Part shown: in pieces, positions 1 to 10,815 of the stretch
How positions within the stretch are numbered: position 1 is the stretch's first letter
Layout: every line of letters starts with the position of its first letter
Assembly (NCBI GenBank): GCA_050084515.1
Contig: CM114271.1
Span: forward strand, 26,598,001-26,662,000
Origin: Blasia pusilla
Taxonomy: Eukaryota
Direction of reading: 5' to 3'
DNA: 64,000 nucleotides
Translations under genes and position numbers: made by a program
The notes under the pieces: generated by a model
What the model was told of the DNA's origin: nothing
The model's database searches: none
Seen by the model: the letters and a program-made list of their open reading frames with translations, nothing else

Positions 1-2578
1 TTGATAGGTGAAGGAGAATGACATTGGTTGCGGTTGCTGCTTCATCATGTTCAAGGCGTAACTACGTATGAATACTTGAGAACTGTGCAAGGAGTACTAT
101 ATTCAACATTTAAGGAGGCTGCTATTCTAATGGGGCTTCTTGAGGATGATAGGGAAGTATTCTCATGCTTTCAAGAAGCATTAGAAATCCGCACAGGTCG
201 TACGCTTCGCCAACTCTTTGCAATTATTCTCGCTTACAACACCCTTACTCGACCTGCTCAACTATGGAGTCAATTTTTGATCCCACTCATAGAGGATATC
301 TTATATGAACGACGCGTGGTAATTCCTATTCCTATTTTTATGATAATAATTCTTATTTTTGGCTTTTTCTTTTGGACTTACTCCCGTATCGTTTTCTATA
401 TGCAGAAAACAGGGATTCCTGATCTTGCTCGAGATGCTTTAATTATTAACACATCATTATTGGATATCCACTACCATTTGCAAGCTCAAGGCAAACGATT
501 ATCCGATATCCTTGATACGCCTCAAGCAGATTTCCAAGCTTCATCTTCATATTCGTATTTAGAAGCAGAAGAGCTCATGTATGATCGAGATGACTTATAT
601 GAGCAAGCTAGGTTAGGAGAGGAAAATTTGAATGATGGACAAAGGTTGATTTGGGATTCTATACAAAATAAACTTGATAGCATTATTGCTGGTGATATTT
701 CTTCAGGTTCAAAATTGTTCTTCATTGACGGGCCTGGTGGAACAAAAAAAACCTTTTTATATAATCTTCTTCTTGCAAGTGTATGAGGTGCTAGAGGCAA
801 AGCTTTAGTTTTCGCTTCTTTGGGAATAGATGCTTTGTTGTTAAATGGAGGACGCACTGCGCACTCACGCTTCAAGATTCCAATTAATATAGATGAAAAC
901 TCCACTTGCAAGTAAGTATTAAACCATTTTGTGACTTTGTAACTCTTTTAATATTGTTAAGATAACACTTATCCAACATAGTAATATCTTTTGGTATATT
1001 TTTTGTAGTTTACCTGTTAATAGCGAAATTGCACGCTTGATTCAAAGGGTCTGGCTTATCATATGGGATGAGGCACCGATGACTCATCGCCATGCATTTG
1101 AGGCTGTAAAGCGATCCTTTCAAGATATTATGGGAGTGGTATCGGAAGACTTGAGGAATGTTCGGTTTGGTGGCAAATTAGTAATCTTTGGTGGGGATTT
1201 TCGCCAAGTGTTACCTGTTGTTCGTCATGGAGACCGTCCACAAATTATTCAAGCCACATTAACGAGGTCATGTTTATGGTCTCATGTGAGGGTAATGAAT
1301 CTTACAACGAATTATGAGATGTCAAAATTTGGAGGTGAACATGCGTGTACAACAAAAAACTTTTGCAAATTGGTTACTGGAGGTTGGAGAGGGACGTGTG
1401 CCTTATGAATATCACTTGGGAGAGGATTTTATACAATTTCCAAATGATATGGTGACCAAGAGTAAGAATATAAGTGATCTTATTGACATCATCTATGGAA
1501 ATGATTATGAAAAGTTTTGTAACATCACATTTTTAAGAGATACAACAATTCTTACACCAAAAAATCGAGATGTTGATGATATCAATGCAGAAGTCATGTC
1601 TCGATTCTATGGAGAGGTAATATTGGTTGTCAAATAATTTTCATGTCATTTTCTTAGCAAATACTTGAATTATATCATGCATCAAAACTAAATTCATCTT
1701 CTAAGATATGTTTGTTCTATGCAGGAACGTACTTAGCTTAGTGTTGATTCTGTTCCAGATGAGGGAATGAGTTATATCTATCCGACAGAATTCCTAAATA
1801 CGTGCTTACCGTCAGGTTTACCATCGCATCGTTTAAGCTTGAAAATTGATGCGTCTATCATGCTTTTACGAAACTTGAATGGTTCAAAGGGACAAGCGAA
1901 TGGAACTCGATTGATGATCCGTGGATTCATGCAACATGTCATTGATGCTGAAATTATCACATGGAAGAACACTGGAGATCGAGTCTTTATTCCACGAATC
2001 CCATCGATTGCATCAGACTCGGGCTTACCTTTTGATTTACGTGGATTTCAATTTTCTATTCGTAATGGAAACTACTTCTTAGCAGTTTGTGGATAGCTAG
2101 AAAATCAATGCGCCACGGGGCGCCGGATGCGAACGGAAAGCCAAAAGAGGCGCGTCCACGCTCGGAAGTCAAAAAAGTACTCCACGATATCCAGAAGCTC
2201 CAACACGTGGATCATAATTGAGTGGGGCAGGTTCTGGTTAGTAGGGTCGAGCCCAGGTTTGAAGTGTTTTGCGTGCGTCCGGTGCAGATTCAACATCCAG
2301 GTTTGAAATCAGGGCATAAACTTTTGCAATGACTATCAATAAATCTCGAGGTCAAACTTTGAAAAAGATAGAAATTTACTCACCTACATCAATATTTTCT
2401 CATGATCAATAATATGTAGCATTGTCAAGAGTAGAAGAAAAAAAAGCAATAAATCTAACAATAGAAAATGACGCACTTTCAAATGATAAAATACAATTCA
2501 CACGAAATATGGTATAAAAAAAATCTTTTGATAAAATAATTTTTTTTATTGATATATCGATGCACGGCACCTTACTAG
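1..2578 (+). mobile_element. Helitron, 3' part with decayed RepHel PIF1-type helicase; 5' end lies outside the window
   Basis: Helicase motifs in order: LRQLFAIIL, FIDGPGGTKKTFLY (Walker A), GGRTAHSRFKIP, IIWDEAPM, FGGDFRQVLPV, ILTPKN, MLLRNL..G..NGTRL, FAMTINKSRGQTL (2323-2361). Ends ...GCACGGCACCTTACTAG|T with CTAG at 2575-2578. GT-AG introns at 319-405, 912-1008 and 1617-1724. Premature stops at 784-786 and 1734-1736, frameshift near 1312. Confidence 0.92.
2064..2318 (-). pseudogene. About 255-bp foreign insert in the Helitron helicase, encoding an F-box-like fragment
   Basis: Splits the conserved QFSIR/xFAMTINKS motif. Rich in CpG compared with the flanks. The minus strand reads LDPTNQNLPHSIMIHVLELLDIVEYFFDFRAWTRLFW, matching F-box spacing (LPxxI/LxxxI/VLxxL...R..W/F). 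Confidence 0.5.
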
Positions 2579-4178
2579 TCGTAACTATTTAAAACTATTA
2601 ACATTCTACACCCCCTTCTCTCTTTGGCCAGAGTAATTATTTCCAGCACCGTCCTTACCGGCTATTCTCGTTGACGATGGGTGGCGATGTTGCCGGGCAA
2701 GTCCCGTCACGTTTGGGCAAGCCAACCGGCCCGGGCAAGAGGCGAACCGATCACTTTATTTTAGTTGTATTATCTTCCAAATAAAGAAATTTCTGGGAGC
2801 AATTGGTCTACAGTGGGAACCCCGCATATTTACCCGGCGGTTCTCCCCGATACCTCTGTACGGATATAAAAAAGCCAGGTTTGATACACCTCATTTTAGT
2901 CCTGCTCGTACGTGTCAGTACGACCAGGACTAAAAGCACTATCCATAGAATGCGAAACGGACAGAGCAGGACCAGCAGGTTGCTAAATTCTCTTTAATTC
3001 TTACTTTAAACGAACTATGGAATCTGGTTCAATCAGCTCGTCGTGGTGCACGACTCCACATGGATACCCGCATAGTTACCCGGGTGGATTGGTCCGAGAT
3101 TGAAAGCGCCAGCTTTGACACGCCGAAGTGGACACGAAACTAAGGAATCATCTCACACTCACTAGACGACTAAACTCACCACTGGCTTACTAAGGAGGAA
3201 GCTAGCTAGCCAGATGGTTAAACGTTTCCGAGTCGTATCGCAATTTCTATTCTTCGGGAAATTTGCAGGAAAGCGATCTAGAGAGACAAGAACGCTACTG
3301 CAAAAGCGTCTTTCTGAATTGTTTGAGTGCCCTCCGATCCTCTCCATGCAAGCGGTCGCACGCAATATCGAGGAGGGTGAACCGAGATATTACCGGTAAA
3401 TCCTTTGTCCGATCCGTCTATGATCACAACCGATCGATCTCATTCACATTGTTCGACGAGTCCCAAACAGCTTCGTTCCGATTTCACATGTTTCTAACCT
3501 CGTATCCTGTATTCAGAATCCTCCATAATTTTGGATTTTCTGTTGCTGGCCGATGTAGGTAGTGACACTGAATGCACATAGAGAGAAACGCCTGAGAGTT
3601 ATGGCGGACGGACTGCTGGAGGAGAAATAATTCTTGAACATCGATCAAAGTGCGGTTCTCGCCGTGTAGCCGTTTTGCGGAGTTTGATCAGGGATAGGAG
3701 AGAAGTGACACAAAATTTCCACCTTCTTTCTATGAGTGAAGTGAACAAGCAAGAAGACGATCGCTCGAGTCAAGTCCCTAGTGAGTATGGCATATTCTCC
3801 TCAAGTTGGTGGTTTGTGCTTTGTACGGCACAGTGAGTTTCTAGCTTTGGATCATGAGGTTTTCCAGAAGTTGGTTCTTCTGCTCGTCTCCTAAAAGTTC
3901 TAATCGTGCCTGTCGGACGCTTTTAGGATATTTACTGGACTGATCTTATCATAAACTGAGAATCTGTGGGGAATTAGAAGAAGTCGTTTGGAGATGAGAG
4001 GTGATTTTTGGGCCAGGACTTGTGGTTACAGAAGGTGGAAAGGTGCATTTTCGGAATCACAGTGGAGAATCCAGACTGATCTCGAGGGACTGACAAGCGT
4101 TGAGATTGGACTTTCAACGTGTACTGAAGGATCGCGTCAGCAGATACCACTGCAGTTGCCTGACTGATTGAGCAATCT

Positions 4179-7100
4179 GTGGCTGCAATACAGAAAATTC
4201 TAAGTAACTGTGACGTCGCGTCTGAAGAGTGGAAGAGCATCGGTGCTCACCTTCGGGATCTTCGCAACAAGCATCAACTGTCAAAGAATCAATTCTCCAA
4301 TTTTGGGATGGAGTCCGACGGCGACTTGCCGGAAGCGTCAAGCAACGCGGATACCTTGTTCGAAGCGGAGGAGGCGGAGCTAACAGACACGGATGAGCCT
4401 GGTGAACAAAAATGTTCCTGTTGCTACTTTTTCGAGTCCATTCTGGTCCGTGGGAGTCCCTTCTTGCTAGAGGATCGAGCTGTGCAGGTGCCCATTACAT
4501 ACCCTACTGTACCCGAAGATCCTCGACATGTGCGTCTTGCAAGAACGGAAGATCTAATTCTTAAGTGCCTCCAGGACGGGATGGGTCCTCCGATAACTCT
4601 ATTGCACGGTGGAAGCGGTACAGGGAAATCCACCCTCGCGCTGGATTTGTTGCGTCACTTCGTCGATCCCATCAGATCCACCCTATCAGGCCATACGAGT
4701 TTCTACTTTGACCACGTGACGTTCCTTGAATTCGGCCCTGATGTGGAATTCGATGTGGAGAAGCAGTGTTTGGAGCTCATTCGATCCCTGGATGCGGAAG
4801 AGCCCCTGCCGGAAGAAGGGGTTGTGGACGTTAAGGGGCGACTCAAATTTCTCTTGGAGGACAAAGCCGTGCTAGTAATTCTAGACGATGTATGGAATGC
4901 CAAGCCTCTGGAAGCATTCATGGAATTTAAAGGAGCGAAGGTGAAATATTTGGTGACCACACAGATTGCCAATTTGTGGAAAGGCTCACGGAGGAAGGTG
5001 GTGGAAATGGAGAACATCAGTCTCAAAGACTCCAGGAAAATATTGGCCGCTCACATGGGATTTGAAGGACAAGAATTACCACAAAATTTGTTGGTTTGTA
5101 CCTCGTTCCACATTATCAATGCAAACTTTCCAAACTAGTCATCCCATGCTGTGACAGATTGTGAGAGTTGGATACTCAGTGCCGTATGTTCGAGGAAGCT
5201 GAACCCATTTTCATGAAATCAGATAGGATGACTGTTTTTCCCCAGCCCTTTCCTCCCAGCAAAACATGATTGTTGGTTTTGCCTTGATGCAGACCGTTGC
5301 AGATACGATAATTGAGCAGGTTCAAGGGAATCCACTGGCACTGGCAACTGTCGCTAGTACCTTACGTGAACGCATAGGTGCGTCGGAAGAGGAATGGAGG
5401 GAAACGTCCCATTCCCTTTCGAGCGTGCTCGAAGCTTCTGAAGATAATAAAATTCAGATTTTTGATCGCCCGTACCCCAGAGGTTTATGGGCAAGTCTGA
5501 ACCTAGGTGTTCAATCACTCGACAACGATGTCCGTAGACTCCTTAATTTTCTTTCTCTGTTTGAGAACACGTCGATGCCAGAATCCGTTTTAAAAATACT
5601 TTTCAGATGGTACTGTAGCCGCCATCTCATGGTTCCCGCAAAGTTTAGGAAATGGGGGCACGAACTACAAGGAAATGGGGCGATATTAAAGATAGAAGTA
5701 GAAAAGTCTTATGGTGCACAAATTAGAAGTTGGACTCTGCATAGTCTTTACAGGATATTTATCGAGAAACAGATGGAAAAAGAGGTAGAACTCATCTTCA
5801 GGTCTTTAACGGAGACACAGAAGATGAGCGACGTACTCGAAAATCTCGGCCTATGTAGCGAGGATGATATGGATCCAGAGAAAATCATAAGTCTTTTATG
5901 CATCCTGTACTTGGAAAAACGTTTCGCCGAAAAAGTGATTCAACCGTCTCACAAATCGTGGGCATGGATCGAGAGCTGCAACCCGCGGAGAAGTGCAGCG
6001 CGAAAACTCCTTCTGCTTCTCGAGGACACGATAGAAGACAGGAAGGATAGGAACAATGTCGCCAAACACGTTCAGAAGGTAACGCACGTTTCTGTGAATG
6101 ATGAACGACTCTGCTGTCGAATTGCATGGAAGTTGCATGCGGGGTTCTGACTTCGCCGTTTCTCTTTCTCTGAACATTCTTCCCAGGTATATTTTTCATA
6201 CGTCTGCTCAGCTGAGCTACACAGCGTGGGATTCGTTTCGTTGCTCACCGAATGTGGACAAAAGGTGGCCTCAGTCACATGCGAGGCTTTGGACGACATG
6301 CTCCAATCCGAAAACAAGGTGATTTGGAATGAGAAGATCTGGGATATCGTTGTCGCCGTCTCAGGGCTTTTGAGACAAACACAAAATTACTATGTGCTTC
6401 CCGCCTCGGTGGTAGCGATAGCATCTTATAGATTTCGCCTGGATAATTTCGCTCGCTCAGATCCGTTTGAGTCGGTGATTGAGAACCTCTTCCGTGCGGT
6501 TGAGGAAGACGGCTGTGAAGAGGTACGAATGCTGTCAATGATTGCCCTGGGAAACGTAATTTCCATACGTACAGCAATGCATGTCCACGTGCCCAGGATT
6601 GTGAAGCTCTTATTTCAAAAAAGTCTACTCGTTCAAACGGAAGCAGCGAGAGGATTGAGTCGACAAACATGGTTCCAAGAAGGGAGGTCCCTGCTGGCCA
6701 AGGTCCTGGGAGAGGAAGGAACCACTCGCCTACTTGCGCAGCTGTCACAGGAGACGACGCCCCCTTCCTCGGAATTCATTCGATCGGGGATGCGGCTTTT
6801 GACGGGGGTGGATCCCACGAAGGGAGATAGTGTTCGTATACATTCTAAGGAAGTTTACTTGGGAAGAGCAGAGGCCAAGGCGGACATGCATATGTTTGAA
6901 GAGGCGTTGGCCGACTTCGATTCGGCTTATGCTTTGGACTCCAGCGCAGAAATTCTACGGCAGATAGCAGGAGTGAAGCGCAAGAAGGGGCTGTTTGCGG
7001 AGGCGCTGGCCGACTTTGATTCAGCTTATGTTTTGGACCCCAGTGACGCAAGCTCCTGGCTAAGGTGAGGAATATAACTCCTCCTCCATGTTACGTGGAT

Positions 7101-7743
7101 TTTTGCTTGGCGATAGTTGCTTCGACGAGCCTCAGGGTGGAAGGAATAAACAAATAAATCCAACTTTTAAAACTCGAATGTTAGGGAGCTACTCGACTTT
7201 GAAGGTGACGCTCAGATCCTCCTGACCTCCTTGAAACAAGACGTACGTTTTTGCTAGGTGGCAGTTTTAATCCCCAATCCTAAATGTTTTAGGTTATTTT
7301 TTCCTTCTTTCCATCATTATCTCACTTGCGAGTCGGCGCCGTGTGTGGTGTGGTACGATTTGGAGCTGCGCAGTGAGAGGGCGCATGCGAAAGCAACGTT
7401 GAAGGACTTTGGAGGAGCTTTGGAGGACTTCAACAAAGCAGTGGAACTTCAACCCAATGACTCATTTTTTTTGCAGGAGAGGGGGGTCTTGAAGAGAATG
7501 ATGGGGGACTACGAGGGCGCATTGGCTGATCTCAACATGGGATTGGAATTGGCACCAAATGATTATGAACTGTTGAAGCACAGAGGATACGTCAAGTTTA
7601 TTATGGGAGAGGAGGAAGGGGCTCGTGAAGATGCGGAGTGGGCTATGAGGATCAAACCACTTGAAGTGGACGCCCCCACTTACAACGATTTTCAAAGTTT
7701 GGGGTACATGTCCGTAAAGTATTTAAATTATGAGTTAAAGTGA
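4179..7743 (+). CDS. STAND/NLR-like protein, NB-ARC + ARM-like repeats + C-terminal TPRs, no LRR; 4 exons; start codon uncertain
   Basis: Exons 4179 (or ATG 4308)-5093, 5293-6078, 6187-7064 and 7374-7743 join in frame via GT-AG introns of phase 0, 0 and 2; about 939 aa from ATG 4308. P-loop GGSGTGKS, Walker B VLVILDDVW, RNBS-B-like KYLVTTQ, GLPL-like GNPLAL, MHD-like WTLHSL. ARM-like SMIALGNV and VQTEAARGLS. TPRs such as EALADFDSAYALD, GALEDFNKAVELQP and GALADLNMGLELAP. Confidence 0.88.
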
Positions 7744-9285
7744 AAAAAATGACCCTGTATTCCATGTGGATAATATAGCTAGAGAGATAATCATCGCATG
7801 GGTTGAGTCAGTCGTTTTTTTCCTTCATAACCGTCCTCCTCCTTGCTTAAAATATTGAAGTGATGCAAAGTCACAATTCGTCTTTGCGTCACTTCCTCAT
7901 TGTCGTAATCTTCTTAGTTTAAGATAAGGGAGTTCAGAGTGCATGATCCTGCCGCTGCTACTCTTTTACGGCAACAGATCTGTGGAAAAAACATAACACG
8001 TGTCCTGGAGCTCGATCATGTCCTGCACGATCCATCCCCAGAACTCGATCCATGAATGCCTTTGGAACTCAAGTGCCACCAGGACTTGGAAACGTCACGT
8101 GTCTTGTGGACAAGGCTGTATGAGAAGTCAAGCACGTTTTCGTTCCGCCTTACAAGAACAACAGTCGCGCCTCACGGAAATCGGGAGGACGTAGATAAGC
8201 TGAGATCGGACGCTGGCCTGTATACTCTGTCAGATGCCCGTTGAGGATGGTCCGTTGATTCGTGATCGTAGCATGACCAGACCCGAAGGGGAAACTGCGC
8301 ACGCAGTCACCACGTGTCAAGCATACAAATTTTGAATTTCTATAAAAGACAGGTGTACACTAATTGAAAAAGTTGAATTGCATAAAAAAGAAATTATATC
8401 TTGGTATTGTTTTACTTGGGATTTCGGGTGCCTGCGTGACAACCCACATAAGCCATTGTCGGATGGATGGATACATTGACTCCGAAGGGACCGTTTAGGG
8501 TGAGGGGCAGTGGTTTAGAGTAAACGGAGAGAATGTCACAAGCTAAAGTCGAAGAAGAACTCAAGAGAGATCTCAGCGTTATGACACTTTTGTCGGATCT
8601 CAGAACGGCTATACCAAGAATTACTGCGCACAGAGCTCAGTAATTTTTGGTATAGAGGGGAGCACGTTAAATCTCATTCTGATAGGAAGTCTTCCTCTCA
8701 ATGTCCACTCATCCCCAAAACCTCGCATGGCAACTAGGATACGTCACTGACTATTCTCTAGAAAGGGTTTTATTGGCAAGAATGATGGGGGACTTGGAAG
8801 ATAGGAATTATTCATAGGTTAAATTTATCCAGGCCCTCACTTCTTCCGGGTGGATATAAGTGAATTTCGTGAAATTTTAACCCCAAAAGATTAATCCATT
8901 CTTTTGCCGGGTGTGGCAGTAGGGACATAAGTTTTTGGACAAGGATTTTGTCCATGTGCAACCTATATAGACTTCTATTCATTTCCTTCCTTCTAATTTT
9001 TATATACCATCCACCCAACCCATTCTAAATCTTTATTTACCACTATTCTCTAGAGGAATGATCAAAGGTGGTCCACACCCAAGGTTGCATGTAGACAAGT
9101 CCGTGTCCATCGACATGTCCGTGGACTCACGTCCATTCCATAAAAAGACTTGTCCACGTGGGCCCGGATCCAAAGTGTACACATCCCTTCTTTCTCATCC
9201 CCCACTTGCGTTCATAATCTGCACTTTCTCGTTTCTTCCTCCTCCCATCTCCACTCCCTCCCCTCTTATTGCCCCGCCCGCCCTT

Positions 9286-10010
9286 TATGGTTGCACAAAA
9301 CCCGACTTGTCCAAAAAAGTCTACGGACATGCCATCTCACAACCGTTTGACCCGCGACCGGCCCACCTCTGGCCTACGTCCAACCCGTGCTCCTTCCACA
9401 TCTCGCTTGTATCCCTCTTACGCGGGCTAGATGGGGGCCCGTATATGCATGGTTGTTAAAAAACAGACATGTTTGGACATGTCCATGGACATAGATTACA
9501 AAAGATTGGGCCCACACTTATAGTTCTTGGTGGAAGGAAGGACAAGGCTAGGTGGAGAAATAAGAGGGAGGGAGTGGAGGTGGGAGGAGGACGAAACAAG
9601 GAAGTGTGGATCACGAACACAAATGGGGGGATGAGACAGGAGGGGGGAGATCGGGGCCATCAGGCCCACGTAGACAAGTCCATGGACATGAACATTTTTG
9701 CGGACACAAACTTTGTCCATTTGCAACCTTGCATGCATGGCCCTCACGAGCTAGAGTCGGGCCCAAAAAAATGAAGTTTTTTAATTGAAAAAAAAAAAGG
9801 TCAAGCCCGCACGGTCTACGTGCAGGCTGCAGTCCCCGCCCCTCTCACACACGCTTGACGTTCGAAGCAAGACAAGGTGGCGAGGAGGATGCGATGTGCG
9901 ATCGGGATGGGCGGCGGGTGTGGGATACGGGCGGTCAGGCCCGTACAGACATTTGTGTCCTTGAGACAAACATAAGTCCACGGACGCGAACTTTGTCGCG
10001 TGCAACCCTG
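9286..10010. mobile_element. hAT-type MITE, middle element of the nest
   Basis: Termini TATGGTTGCAC...GTGCAACCCTG. Degenerate 8-bp TSD CCGCCCTT / CCACCCTC. Interior resembles the copy at 49810-50253. Confidence 0.75.
9448..9731. mobile_element. hAT-type MITE, inner element, inverted relative to the outer one
   Basis: Termini CATGGTTGTT...TGCAACCTTG. Degenerate TSD CGTATATG / CATGCATG. Reverse-complement similarity to 9080-9285 and 59546-59841. Confidence 0.75.
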
Positions 10011-10587
10011 CCACCCTCATCTTGCCTTCCACCATGAATTATAAATGTGGGCCCCACCTTTTAGAATCCATTTCTCTGGACAAGTCCAAACTTGTCGGTC
10101 CATGCTTGTCGTCGGGACTAATTGTTCTATTTTTGTAACCATGTCCACACCCTCTCTAAAATACTCCATTCTTCTATTCCTTCTTCATTACCTATTTTGA
10201 GAAGGTAGGGGCTAAGACACTCTCACTCGCTCTCTAGTAGGGATTGATAGACCTCCCTTATTCTCTAAAGAAGGTCCACTTGTAAATTTCCTTTCAAATA
10301 GAATGACTTTATAAGAAGCCCCTTCTAACTCCTTATCTCTCCCTTTTATTTCCTATTTATAAGATGGAGGGTCCTTTTCTTCTCAAGAGAATGGAGGATC
10401 CCTTTGTTTTCCTTCTTTGCCCAATCCGACCCACTCTTGTCTTCCATTCTCTTGGATCTTCACTATCACGTCTTAGTTCCTTGCTCAATCTTACCCATTC
10501 TCATTTTCCATCCTTTTTGGATCTTCGCTCTCTTAGTTAGCCGACAAGCAAACTTCAAGACTATTGACAATATAGAGAATTTGCGCG

Positions 10588-10815
10588 CAAGGTTGAACAC
10601 GGAAAAAGTTTGTGTCCGCGGACATATCCATGCGGGCTCGAGTTCTCGCAACCCATACCCAACCCAACCCAACCCATAACGTAGATCTGGGCTCGATATG
10701 TTTGCTCCCGGTCTAGCAACCCGTCCCTTATTCTTGCCACTCGTTTCATAGCCCGCTTCGAGCTCACAAGCCTTGCATCGGCCCGCCCTAAGCTTGCACT
10801 TGCCTGCATAGGGCG
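10588..10815. mobile_element. Truncated copy of the same MITE family
   Basis: Begins CAAGGTTGAACACGGAAAAAGTTTGTGTCCGCGGACAT, like the family terminus. No second terminus found; right end approximate. Confidence 0.5.

Larger units (their letters stand above)
9080..10143. mobile_element. hAT-type MITE, outer element of a nest
   Basis: Termini CAAGGTTGCA...TGTAACCATG. Perfect 8-bp TSD TCCACACC at 9072-9079 and 10144-10151. Its two halves match the uninterrupted copy at 59546-59841. Confidence 0.85.

Noticed and set aside
3601-3630. MADGLLEEK, a MADA-like start upstream of the NB-ARC gene
   Set aside because: Stops after 9 codons, and I found no splice path linking it to the gene.
4402-4487. 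Possible GT-AG intron inside the first NLR-like exon
   Set aside because: 86 nt; removing it would need an upstream frame that has a stop at 4381-4383. The unspliced frame is open.
9058-10037. Several 60-133 aa ORFs, and similar ones at 49759-50351 and 59409-59856
   Set aside because: They lie in GC-rich non-coding MITEs and have no protein motifs.
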